Assembly (NCBI GenBank): GCA_040774885.1
Contig: JAXGTO010000002.1
Coordinates: 39,328-103,327, forward strand
From: Eggerthellaceae bacterium
GTDB taxonomy: Bacteria > Actinomycetota > Coriobacteriia > Coriobacteriales > Eggerthellaceae
Reading direction: 5' to 3'
DNA: 64,000 bases
Shown: in pieces, positions 28,720 through 37,456 of the stretch
Numbering within the stretch: position 1 is the stretch's first letter
Layout: each line of letters begins with the position of its first letter
The notes under the pieces: model-generated
Database searches by the model: none
What the model was told of the DNA's origin: nothing
What the model saw: only the letters and a program-made list of their open reading frames with translations
Translations under genes and position numbers: made by a program

Positions 28720-29277
28720 TCAGTTGAAACGCTGCTGGGTTTGCTCCAACCCGTGCTCGATGAGGAAAGGCACCGCTTGCGCACCGGCATCACAGGCCGC
28801 TGCAAAGTCATCGGCCTCCTGCTTTCGCGGACGGGAAAGCACGTAATCGGCAACATTCATGCGCCCCGGCGGGCGGCCGATTCCGATGCGGATGCGGGCC
28901 CAATCGCGCGTGCCCAGTTTATCGCAGATGGATCGCAGGCCATTGTGGCCGGCATGCCCGCCGCCGAACTTCACGCGGATGGGTCCGGGGTCGATATCGA
29001 GTTCGTCATGGATGACGATCAGCTGACCGGGCTCGATGCCATAGGCATTGCAAAGTTGTTTGACCGGGCCGCCGCTCGTGTTCATGAAGCTCTGGGGTTT
29101 GGCCAGCACCGCATCTTCACCGGCAACCACCCCTTTGGCCGTAAGCGCGCCGCACTCCGTTTTCCAGTAGCGCGCGCCGCAAGCATCGGCGATCAAGTCA
29201 AGCGTATCGAACCCGGCGTTATGCCGCGTATGCTCGTATTCTTCGCCTGGATTTCCCAGGCCGACGATCAAATACAT
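28720..29277 (-). CDS. pth: Peptidyl-tRNA hydrolase
   Basis: MYLIVGLGNPG..YEHTRHNAGF and GGGHAGHNGL, with an AGAGGTGGA RBS. Confidence 0.95.
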   Translation of the reverse strand: MYLIVGLGNPGEEYEHTRHNAGFDTLDLIADACGARYWKTECGALTAKGVVAGEDAVLAKPQSFMNTSGGPVKQLCNAYGIEPGQLIVIHDELDIDPGPIRVKFGGGHAGHNGLRSICDKLGTRDWARIRIGIGRPPGRMNVADYVLSRPRKQEADDFAAACDAGAQAVPFLIEHGLEQTQQRFN

Positions 29278-29382
29278 CAATCCACCTCTGAAGAAGGTTT
29301 GCAGCGGCCCCAACACTCCAAGCGTCCGAAACCGGCGCGGGTGGCAGGGCCTTGCGTTATGCCCGTTCGTCCAATGCTTCGT

Positions 29383-30357
29383 CTACAGAGCGAAGTCGGG
29401 GTCGAACAGATCCGAAACGCTACCGTTGCTGTACACGTTTTGAATGGCGCGGGCGAACAGCGGAGCCACCGAGATGACTTTGATCTTGCCGGTCTGCTTG
29501 TCAAGCGGAACGGGAATGGTGTTGCACACCACGACTTCTTCGATATCGGCATTCTCGAGACGATCATAGGCCGGACCGCTGAACACGGGATGAGTGGCGC
29601 ACACGTACACCTTTTCGGCACCGTTGGCCTTGAGCGTGTTGACGGCGGCCACAACGCTGCCGGCCGTGTCGATCATGTCATCGTTCAAGATGCAGATCTT
29701 GCCATGCACATCACCGATAAGAGCCGTGATCTCGGCCTGATTGTGCTTGGGGCGCCCCTTGTGCATGATGGCCAGATCGGCACTCATGATATCGGAGAGC
29801 TTCTTGGCGGCCTTGGCGCGACCCAGGTCGGGACTGACAACGCACAGCGTGGCCGGATCGAAATTCTTGGCAAGGAAGTAATCGGCCAAGATGTTGAGGG
29901 CCGTAAGGTGATTGACGGGACTGTCGAAGAATCCTTGGATCTGCCCTTGGTGCAAGTCGATGGTGATGGTGCGGTCGACACCCGAAACGGTCATGAGATC
30001 GGCCACCAGTTTGGCGGTGATGGGCTCGCGCGCCGCTGCCTTGCGGTCTTGGCGCGAATAACCATAGTGGGTTACCACGGCGGTAACGGTGCGGGCGGAA
30101 GCGCGCTTGGCCGCATCCGTCATGATGAGCAATTCCATGAGCGCGTCATTGACGTTTGACCCTGCCACCGACTGGATGATGAACACATCGGCGCCGCGCA
30201 CGCTTTCAAGATAGCGAGCGTAGATTTCGCCATTGGCGAACTGCTCGAGCTTGACGTTTCCGAGAGACACCCCCAGTTCATCGGCGATCTGGTTGGCCAA
30301 TTCCGGATTGCTCGATCCGGAGAACACCGCCAGGGACTTCTTCATCTCGGTCGTCAT
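29383..30357 (-). CDS. prs: Ribose-phosphate pyrophosphokinase
   Basis: VFSGSSNPELA, the PRPP-binding loop (LNDDMIDTAGS) and SVAPLFA. The start is M9 of the ORF-track translation. Confidence 0.95.
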   Translation of the reverse strand: MTTEMKKSLAVFSGSSNPELANQIADELGVSLGNVKLEQFANGEIYARYLESVRGADVFIIQSVAGSNVNDALMELLIMTDAAKRASARTVTAVVTHYGYSRQDRKAAAREPITAKLVADLMTVSGVDRTITIDLHQGQIQGFFDSPVNHLTALNILADYFLAKNFDPATLCVVSPDLGRAKAAKKLSDIMSADLAIMHKGRPKHNQAEITALIGDVHGKICILNDDMIDTAGSVVAAVNTLKANGAEKVYVCATHPVFSGPAYDRLENADIEEVVVCNTIPVPLDKQTGKIKVISVAPLFARAIQNVYSNGSVSDLFDPDFAL

Positions 30358-30434
30358 CTTCACTGCCTTTCTTTCGTCCACTGCTTTCGAAGAGCCATTG
30401 TAGCGCGTCGATGGCGCACTCGAGCCCGGAGCCG

Positions 30435-31793
30435 TTACTTCTTCTGCGCGTGATACCCGGGCTTCTCGATCTGACGCGCGCGGCCCAGCGCCAAAGCGCC
30501 GGCCGAAACGTCCTCGGTGATGACGCTACCCGCACCCACGAGGGCATCATCGCCGATGGTGACCGGAGCCACCATCATGGTGTCGCTGCCCACGAACACA
30601 TCGTTGCCGATGACGGTGGGCCACTTCTTAGAGCCATCGTAATTGCAGGTGATGGAGCCGGCACCGATGTTTACGCCCGTCCCCATGGTGGTATCTCCGA
30701 TATAGGACAGATGCGGCACCTTGCTGCCCGCGCCGATGGTCGACTTCTTGATCTCAACGTGGGTGCCGGCCTTCGCCCCGCGGCACAGATGGGCCAAAGG
30801 ACGCAGGTAGGCGCGCGGCCCGCACGTGGCCTCATCGTCGATGCGTGCTTCGACGGCCACGGTTTCGTCTACCACGCACGACCGTCCGACGACCGTGTCG
30901 GTGAGCCGTGTGTTGGGGCCGATGATGCTGTCTTCGCCGATGCTGGTGGAACCCATCAGCATGGTATCCGGCAAGATCTCGACATCTTGGGCGATTTCCA
31001 CATCGGGGCCGATCCACACCGTGCGCGGATCGAGCATGGTGACGCCAGCGGCCATATGGCGATCGTTGATGCGGATCTGCATGGTGCGGGTGGCTTCCGC
31101 CAACTGCTGACGCGAATTGATGCCCAAGCATTCGGTGGGGTCGCCCGCCGGCACGCCGATGACGGCGCGACCATCGGAACGGCAGATTTCGAGCACATCG
31201 GTAAGATAGTATTCGCCTTGGGCGTTATGGTTCGAAACGCGCGTCAACGCATCGAAGAGCGCGGCGGCGTCGAAGCAGTAGAAACCTGAATTGCATTCGG
31301 TGATGCGCGTCTGGTCGAGCGTGCAATCCTTCTGTTCCACGATACGTTCCACCTGGCCATCGGCAGAACGAATGATGCGTCCATAGCCGAACGGGTCGGT
31401 CATCTGCATGGTGAGCACGGCAACGGCGGCATCGGCATCCTCACGCGCCTCGGTCAAACGGGAAAGCGTATCAGCGGTGATCAACGGACAGTCGCCGGAA
31501 AGCACCAGCAAAGATCCGGTCATCCCCGCACAGGCGTCAGCGCACACCGCCACGGCATCTGCCGTGCCCTTGCGGTCGGGCTGAACGACGGTTTCGCACT
31601 CGCCGATGAGCGTTTCCACCTGCTGGCGCAAGTGCCCCACCACCACGATGGTGCGATCGACCCCGGCTTCACGGGCAGTATCGATCACCCAATTTACCAG
31701 CGGCTTTCCCAAGAGGCGATGCGCCACTTTGGGATGCTTGGATTTCATACGGGTACCTGCTCCGGCTGCTAGAACGATGGCGGATGCACTCAT
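30435..31793 (-). CDS. glmU: Bifunctional UDP-GlcNAc pyrophosphorylase / GlcN-1-P acetyltransferase
   Basis: LAAGAGTRMKS and left-handed beta-helix hexapeptide repeats at the C-terminus. The start is at MSASAIV. Confidence 0.95.
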   Translation of the reverse strand: MSASAIVLAAGAGTRMKSKHPKVAHRLLGKPLVNWVIDTAREAGVDRTIVVVGHLRQQVETLIGECETVVQPDRKGTADAVAVCADACAGMTGSLLVLSGDCPLITADTLSRLTEAREDADAAVAVLTMQMTDPFGYGRIIRSADGQVERIVEQKDCTLDQTRITECNSGFYCFDAAALFDALTRVSNHNAQGEYYLTDVLEICRSDGRAVIGVPAGDPTECLGINSRQQLAEATRTMQIRINDRHMAAGVTMLDPRTVWIGPDVEIAQDVEILPDTMLMGSTSIGEDSIIGPNTRLTDTVVGRSCVVDETVAVEARIDDEATCGPRAYLRPLAHLCRGAKAGTHVEIKKSTIGAGSKVPHLSYIGDTTMGTGVNIGAGSITCNYDGSKKWPTVIGNDVFVGSDTMMVAPVTIGDDALVGAGSVITEDVSAGALALGRARQIEKPGYHAQKK

Positions 31794-31819
31794 GGATTCC
31801 CTTTCTGGAAAGGACGATA

Positions 31820-32719
31820 TCAGTTCTCCGATAATGCGGCGCACAAAGCGTCGAGCAAGGTAATGGCGAAATGCTGGGCGCTGCGGCCTTCTTTGGCATC
31901 CTGCCATTGTTCCCCGGGCAGCGCGACGGCGATGCGCGGAACGCCGCCTTGCACGGCACTGAGCGCGCTGCGCAAGCGCAAATGCAGCGTCTCTTCTTCT
32001 TCAAACGCCACTTGAGGAACGCCGGGAGCGGGTTCGTCTCCGGCCAAAACGATATGGACCAAGAGCATGTCTTCATCGGGCTTGACCAATAAAGAGTCGG
32101 CACTCACGATGCGCGAAGCGGGATTGGTGGCCAAAGCCAAGTTGGACATGCGAGCGGCCACCGAACGGGTGAACGCAGAGGTGCCGAAAAGGCACAAGGC
32201 GTTGTCTTCGAGCACATCGGCAGCGCGGGCGAATCCCAAATAGGCCGAAGAAGCAGGCCCTGGCTTGCCCACCCAGGAATGATGCAGGTTGTTGATTTCC
32301 CCGAACGTGAGCGCCCCGGCGATTCCGTCGGCAGGCAGGCCCATGTTCATCTGGAATTTGCGCAGCGCCGATTCGGTATAGGCGCCGAAGATGCTGTCAT
32401 CGGTTCCGCAAGAAAAGCCCAACGCGCCCAAGGCGGTCTGAAGCTCCAAAACGTCATTGCCATGGAAATAGGGCATGCGAAGGTACAACGTGCGCCCGCC
32501 CATCTTGAAGCTGGCATCCAGCAAGGCCGACCATTCGCGTTCGGTTACCTGGGAGCTTTCGGGAAGGCCCCTGTCGGCGCAGAAAGCCGCGAGCGCATGC
32601 TCGGTGGCATCGTCGAACGTGGAAGTGACTTGGGAGTCATCGAGGAATCCCAAGGCAGCCAACTTCTGTTGGACGTCTTCAACGGCAGCGCCGGTGTCAT
32701 GTTTCTGAATCATTTGCAT
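31820..32719 (-). CDS. Protein with two peptidoglycan-binding (PG_binding_1-like) repeats and an uncharacterised C-terminal domain
   Basis: Two repeats (GAAVEDVQQKLAALGF...TEHALAAFCADRGL and VLELQTALGALGF...TESALRKFQMNMGL). No obvious signal peptide. The start is approximate. Confidence 0.65.
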   Translation of the reverse strand: MQMIQKHDTGAAVEDVQQKLAALGFLDDSQVTSTFDDATEHALAAFCADRGLPESSQVTEREWSALLDASFKMGGRTLYLRMPYFHGNDVLELQTALGALGFSCGTDDSIFGAYTESALRKFQMNMGLPADGIAGALTFGEINNLHHSWVGKPGPASSAYLGFARAADVLEDNALCLFGTSAFTRSVAARMSNLALATNPASRIVSADSLLVKPDEDMLLVHIVLAGDEPAPGVPQVAFEEEETLHLRLRSALSAVQGGVPRIAVALPGEQWQDAKEGRSAQHFAITLLDALCAALSEN

Positions 32720-32778
32720 ACGGGCATTGTATCGCAGGGCTGCGGCTGCCGTCACCGGTTCACAAAACCGTTATGCAC

Positions 32779-33855
32779 CTATTTCAGGCGGTTGACGAAC
32801 CAATCGGCCATGCTCACCAAAAGATTGCGTGCCGTACTGGGAGACACCATGTCTACCAGACGGTTCTTGGCGATGCTGGTAAGGTTTTCGGCATAGTTGC
32901 GCGCGTACTCGATGCTGCCGCTGCGCTCCATGATATCCACCGCTTCAGCCAAGACGGCCGGATCTTTTTCCTTGGAAGAGAGGATTTCGATGAGCCGGTC
33001 TTTGTCAGGCGAATTCTGCAGGGCATGCACCACCACCAACGTGCGCTTGCCTTCGGTGATGTCGGTGCGGAAATCCTTCTTGGTGGACTCCTCCGAACCG
33101 ATGAGGTTGAGCAGATCGTCTTGGATCTGGAAGGCAAGGCCCGTGTCCAAGCCGTAGTTGCGCAGCGCTTCGATTTCGGCCTCGGTGCCGCCGCCGATGA
33201 TGGCGCCGATGGCAAGGGGCACGGCGCCGGAATAATGCGCAGTCTTGTGAGTGGCCATTACCAGGTAGTCTTCGGGAGTGATGTTGTAGCGGCCGTCACG
33301 CGCCCATCCGATATCGAGTGCTTGGCCCTCGATGGTGCGACGCGTCATGTCGATGAGCTCGGTCACCACACGCACCTTGGTGGCATCATCGAGGCTTTCG
33401 TCCTTCATGACGGTGCCGTTGACCATCGACAAGGCCAGGTCACCCGCATTGATGGCAAGGCCCAGGCCTTCGGTAAGGTGCATGCAGGGCTCGCCGCGAC
33501 GCAGCTCGGCTTCGTCGGCGATGTCGTCATGGATAAGCGCTGCGGTGTGGAAATGCTCCACAGCCGCCGCTGCGCTGGTGGCCTTTACGATGTCGCCGCC
33601 CACGGCCATGCAGGCCGCAAAGCAGATGAGGGGGCGATGGCGCTTGCCGCCATTGCGACTGTAGGCATACAGGGGATCGTAGAGATATTTGTCCATATCG
33701 GGATGGGTGCCATGGGGAATGTAACTGTTGACGAGGTCGCCCACCTTGTCGGCATACAGGGAAAGATATTCCTCGAACGAAGCGGGAGTCACTTCTTCGG
33801 CGTCCATGATCTCGCGGATGTTCTCGATGTGCTCGTTATGCTCGGTCTCGGTCAC
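32779..33855 (-). CDS. Polyprenyl diphosphate synthase (trans-IPPS)
   Basis: FARM motif ALIHDDIAD and SARM motif FQIQDDLLN. The start must lie 3' of the tRNA. The GTG at 33855 has a purine-rich stretch upstream, and the next ATG is at 33807. Confidence 0.88.
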   Translation of the reverse strand: MTETEHNEHIENIREIMDAEEVTPASFEEYLSLYADKVGDLVNSYIPHGTHPDMDKYLYDPLYAYSRNGGKRHRPLICFAACMAVGGDIVKATSAAAAVEHFHTAALIHDDIADEAELRRGEPCMHLTEGLGLAINAGDLALSMVNGTVMKDESLDDATKVRVVTELIDMTRRTIEGQALDIGWARDGRYNITPEDYLVMATHKTAHYSGAVPLAIGAIIGGGTEAEIEALRNYGLDTGLAFQIQDDLLNLIGSEESTKKDFRTDITEGKRTLVVVHALQNSPDKDRLIEILSSKEKDPAVLAEAVDIMERSGSIEYARNYAENLTSIAKNRLVDMVSPSTARNLLVSMADWFVNRLK

Positions 33856-33885
33856 GATAATCGGCTCTCTGTCCTCTTTGCTGTT

Positions 33886-33970
33886 TGGTAGGAGCGGTGG
33901 GACTCGAACCCACATTCCCGAAGGAGGCGGATTTTAAGTCCGCTGCGTCTGCCAGTTCCGCCACGCTCCC
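33886..33970 (-). tRNA. tRNA-Leu (anticodon TAA), CCA encoded
   Basis: Folds by hand: acceptor GGGAGCG/CGCTCCT, anticodon stem GCGGA/TCCGC with loop CTTAAAA, a long variable arm, and T arm GTGGG-TTCGAGT-CCCAC, followed by ACCA. Confidence 0.95.
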
Positions 33971-34035
33971 CTGCCGTATTCAACACTGCCATGATAGCAA
34001 AAGAGACCCGACCAGCCGCATCGTCTGCGGCAGCA

Positions 34036-34995
34036 TCACCCGTTCGCCATACAAGGCTGCCCACCGGCAGCGTGCATGATCATACCTTGGAGGATATCGC
34101 TTTCCGAAACGGTGAAAGCATCAACCCGCGCAAGGTCCATGATGCAGCGCAGTATGGCCATACCCGCGACGATGACGGGAGCGCGGCCCGGTTGCAAACC
34201 GACCACTTGCTTGCGCTCGGCCAACGGCAGCGCCGCCAGGCGCGCGCAAACGGCATCGAGCGTATCGGCGCTCACGCAAGCACCGTGAACGCGAGAAGAA
34301 TCATAAGGGTCCATGGCTTGGTCGACCGAAACCACACTGGTGGCCGTGCCGGCAACGGCTATCAGACGATCGATGTCGAAACCGTCTTCCAGCAAACCGT
34401 CGAAGAAGGCGGCGAACTGCGGCTGGAACCACGCACGTGCCGCATCCAGTTCCTCGGCAGCAGGCGGATCGGAGGCGATGAAGCGCTCCGTGATGCGGCG
34501 ACACCCGATATTGAACGAATGCAGACGAACAGGATGACCTCCGCCGACACCGGCGATCAGCTCCGTTGAGCCACCGCCTATATCGACCACCAGCACCTGT
34601 TGCCCCTGATGATCGACGGTTGCCCCGGCAAATGACAGCGCCGCTTCGGTGCTGCCGGGAATAACTTGAAGATCCACGCCGCGTCGAGCCAAAAGCGCTT
34701 CGAATTCATCGGCATTGCGCGCGTCGCGGCTGGCCGAAGTGGCCATCGCCAGCACTTCAACCGGCTGGCCGGGTTGCCCGTAGCCATCGATGATCGAACG
34801 ATAAGAAGCGATTTGAGCATCAACCCGTTCCATGGCATCTTTGCGCAATACGCCCGTGGCATCGACATCCTGGCCCAAATCGGTAATAGCGCATTCGCGG
34901 TCGAGTTCCCTCAAATGGCCGTCGGCCACTTCGGCCACCAGCAATCGACAGGTGACCGTTCCGATGTCGATGGCGGCATAACGCTTCCCCGGCAT
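34036..34995 (-). CDS. Ppx/GppA-family phosphatase (second copy)
   Basis: AAIDIGTVTCRLLV and VVDIGGGSTEL ASKHA motifs. It lies downstream of the ftsB-like gene, as in many actinobacteria. Confidence 0.85.
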   Translation of the reverse strand: MPGKRYAAIDIGTVTCRLLVAEVADGHLRELDRECAITDLGQDVDATGVLRKDAMERVDAQIASYRSIIDGYGQPGQPVEVLAMATSASRDARNADEFEALLARRGVDLQVIPGSTEAALSFAGATVDHQGQQVLVVDIGGGSTELIAGVGGGHPVRLHSFNIGCRRITERFIASDPPAAEELDAARAWFQPQFAAFFDGLLEDGFDIDRLIAVAGTATSVVSVDQAMDPYDSSRVHGACVSADTLDAVCARLAALPLAERKQVVGLQPGRAPVIVAGMAILRCIMDLARVDAFTVSESDILQGMIMHAAGGQPCMANG

Positions 34996-35033
34996 AACCT
35001 CTCCTGACCGATTCGATTCGTCTTGGTTGGTTT

Positions 35034-36083
35034 TCAGCCCTGATTGTATCGGAACAACACGTCAAGAACACCCGAATACCAGGTGTCCGGCGCTTGGATG
35101 TCATCGGTTGAAACGACGCTGAAGCCATCGCTTTGCGTGTCGAGTCCAGTGACCACCACGGCGTTTTCGCCCGACTTCACCCATCCGAATTCACTGCGTG
35201 CCTGAGCTTCCATGCCATCGGCGGTTCCCAAGCTATCCACTTGGGCTTGCAGCGTATCGTTGTGTTCGGTGAGCGCCGTGTATTGGGCTTCGAGTTTCGC
35301 CTGATCGCGGACGGTGGTGTAGTACTGCTGGGCCGAGGGATACACGAATGCAACGCACAGCGCAATGCAGAGCACCACGCAGGTGGCGACGATAGCCGTC
35401 GTGGATGCCCGCCATTTCTGCCCCAGCCCGCGCAGGGTCCAGCCGACGCGGTAGGCGACGGCGGGCTTGCTTTGCTGCATGCGGGCTGCGCGCTTGTGAG
35501 ACGACCCCATGCGCGTCTGATAGACGGCAGCGCGAGATGATTGCGAACCGCCGCTTGCATCTTCTTGGCGGACGGTTTTGTCGAAAGCCCGATCGGCTTT
35601 GCGCTTGCGCTTGTCGTGACGTTCCTTTTCCAGCTTGGAACGCACGGTTTCCCTCCGCGCGCCGTCGACTTCAGATTCGCCATCATCCTCATTGCGTTCA
35701 CGTCGGGTCGATCCAACGGATGCCGAGCGCGATGAAGGACGAGCCGATGCGCGCGGTTCGGAGCGCTTGGCCCGCGTTGCCGCTGCAGTCGGACGTTCGT
35801 ATTCGATGATGTTGCCGAAGCCGTCGGTACGCAGCGCATGCTGTCGAACGTGCGGGCGTTCAGCCTGATCAGCGGATTGGACAGGTTGGTAGGGCGACCT
35901 CATGCGGGGAGCGGCGGAATAGAATTCGGCCGAGCGGATGCGCTCTGCGCTACGCGACCCTTGGGGTTGGCGACGATGCTGCTTGGGGGTTTCAGCGCGA
36001 CGAGCGGCCGAAACCGTGGGACGCACCCGACCAGAGGCCCTGCGGGCCTGATCGAAATCGACGATATGCGCGTTGCCGCTCAA
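35034..36083 (-). CDS. Septum formation initiator (FtsB/DivIC-like) with long basic disordered N-terminus
   Basis: TM helix (IVATCVVLCIALCVAFVY) followed by a coiled coil (QAKLEAQYTALTEHNDTLQAQVDSL) and EAQARSEFGWVK. TTG start with an AAGGAG RBS 9 nt upstream. Confidence 0.75.
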   Translation of the reverse strand: MSGNAHIVDFDQARRASGRVRPTVSAARRAETPKQHRRQPQGSRSAERIRSAEFYSAAPRMRSPYQPVQSADQAERPHVRQHALRTDGFGNIIEYERPTAAATRAKRSEPRASARPSSRSASVGSTRRERNEDDGESEVDGARRETVRSKLEKERHDKRKRKADRAFDKTVRQEDASGGSQSSRAAVYQTRMGSSHKRAARMQQSKPAVAYRVGWTLRGLGQKWRASTTAIVATCVVLCIALCVAFVYPSAQQYYTTVRDQAKLEAQYTALTEHNDTLQAQVDSLGTADGMEAQARSEFGWVKSGENAVVVTGLDTQSDGFSVVSTDDIQAPDTWYSGVLDVLFRYNQG

Positions 36084-36217
36084 ATGAAGCTGCTCCTTGA
36101 AGCATGGTGGTCATTTAACTGGTAGGTTTCATGCTTGAGCTGGTGCCATCATAGCACGGGGCAGACCTGTCAGCAGGACGAAATGCGCGTTATACCATCA
36201 ATCCTGAACAATCGCTA

Positions 36218-36246
36218 TTGATATTCATTTTCATTTGGGATATGCT
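36218..36246 (+). promoter_or_regulatory. Sigma-70-like promoter (TTGATA-17-TATGCT) overlapped by a Fur/PerR-like 7-1-7 box
   Basis: -35 at 36218-36223, -10 at 36241-36246. TGATATTCATTTTCA (36219-36233) matches the Fur-type consensus TGATAATnATTATCA at 12/14 specified positions. Confidence 0.45.
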
Positions 36247-36279
36247 ATCAACATTGTCACCTATGAGGAGGGAGAAGAC

Positions 36280-36564
36280 ATGGAGTCAACCAGAACGAAG
36301 AGCAGGGGAATGCGCATCGCCATCGTCGGAGGTGCGGCTGTTCTGGCCATCAGCGCTGCGGCTTTGGTCGGTTGCAGCGGGTCGAGCGATCCGCAGTCGC
36401 TCTATCAGAGCAAGTGCGGAAGCTGCCACTCGACTTCCACCGTCGACAATGCGAATTACTCAGGCGACCAATGGGCTGACGTAGTGAATCGCATGAAGGA
36501 CAAGTCAAGCTCCATCAGCGATTCTGACGCACAGACCATTACGCAGTACCTGCAAAATCGCTAG
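36280..36564 (+). CDS. Lipoprotein mono-haem c-type cytochrome (CXXCH)
   Basis: GAGGAGGGAG RBS, signal peptide with lipobox LVGC, a single CGSCH haem-binding motif and a candidate distal Met in VVNRMKD. Confidence 0.65.
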   Translation: MESTRTKSRGMRIAIVGGAAVLAISAAALVGCSGSSDPQSLYQSKCGSCHSTSTVDNANYSGDQWADVVNRMKDKSSSISDSDAQTITQYLQNR

Positions 36565-36600
36565 ACCAACCAATTCGTTTTTTGAGAGAGAGGGAGAACT

Positions 36601-37368
36601 ATGTCCGAATTGACGCGACGCAACTTCATGAAGGGTGCCGGAATCGGCGCCGCCACCTTGGCCGCTGGCGGCGTGCTGGCCGCATGCAGTTCAGGCTCCA
36701 GCAACGCTTCGACGACCACGAGCACCACCGACGCATCGGCCACGACGGCATCTGCCGACATGTTGCAGCCCACGAAAACCTTCGACAGCACCACCGGACA
36801 CAACTTCAGCATCGAGCCCGACAGCCTGACCACCGTGGGCACCACGCTTGAGAACCTCAAGAGCGCCGTGCAGGGCGAGACCAACGCCACCACCAAATAC
36901 GCCGCTTGGGCCAAGATCGCCGACAAAGAAGGCTATAGCCAGATCTCCCGTCTGTTCAACTGCACCAGCGATGCCGAGAAGATCCACATCAATCTGGAAG
37001 TCGCCCAGATCAAGAAGGTCGAACCCGATTACACGCAACCCGAAGCCGTTGCCGCTGGCGAATACGAAAGCGACATGAATCTGATTCACGGCGCCCAGGG
37101 CGAAATCTACGAGACTTCCGATATGTATCCCAACTTCATCAAAGTGGCCGCCACCGAGGGTGACAACGAGTCGCTGCAGGTGTTCACCCGCGCCAAGTTG
37201 GCCGAGGCTTTCCATGCGCAGCGCTATATGGATGCCTACAATACCATCGACACGCCCAGCGATGACAAGTACTACCTGTGCCCCGTATGCGGCTATATCC
37301 ACAAGGGCGAGAACTTCACCGCCTGCCCCATTTGCCTCACCGCGAAAGACCAGTTCAAAGAGTACTGA
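36601..37368 (+). CDS. Rubrerythrin with Tat signal peptide and lipobox
   Basis: TRRNFMKGAG twin-arginine motif, lipobox LAAC and a Ser/Thr linker. It has a four-helix di-iron domain (QGETNATTKY, EKIH, GEIYE.., EAFHAQ) and a C-terminal rubredoxin-like CPVCG...CPIC. Confidence 0.9.
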   Translation: MSELTRRNFMKGAGIGAATLAAGGVLAACSSGSSNASTTTSTTDASATTASADMLQPTKTFDSTTGHNFSIEPDSLTTVGTTLENLKSAVQGETNATTKYAAWAKIADKEGYSQISRLFNCTSDAEKIHINLEVAQIKKVEPDYTQPEAVAAGEYESDMNLIHGAQGEIYETSDMYPNFIKVAATEGDNESLQVFTRAKLAEAFHAQRYMDAYNTIDTPSDDKYYLCPVCGYIHKGENFTACPICLTAKDQFKEY

Positions 37369-37388
37369 TTCCTCCTGGATATCCAGAC

Positions 37389-37430
37389 GAAGGAAGGGCC
37401 CCGGATAAACATCCGGGGCCCTTCCCTTTC
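37389..37430. terminator. Bidirectional intrinsic terminator between rubrerythrin and yebC
   Basis: GAAGGAAGGGCCCCGGAT-AAAC-ATCCGGGGCCCTTCCCTTTC: a long GC stem. Confidence 0.75.
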
Positions 37431-37456
37431 ATCAAGAACAATGTGAAATGAAGCGA

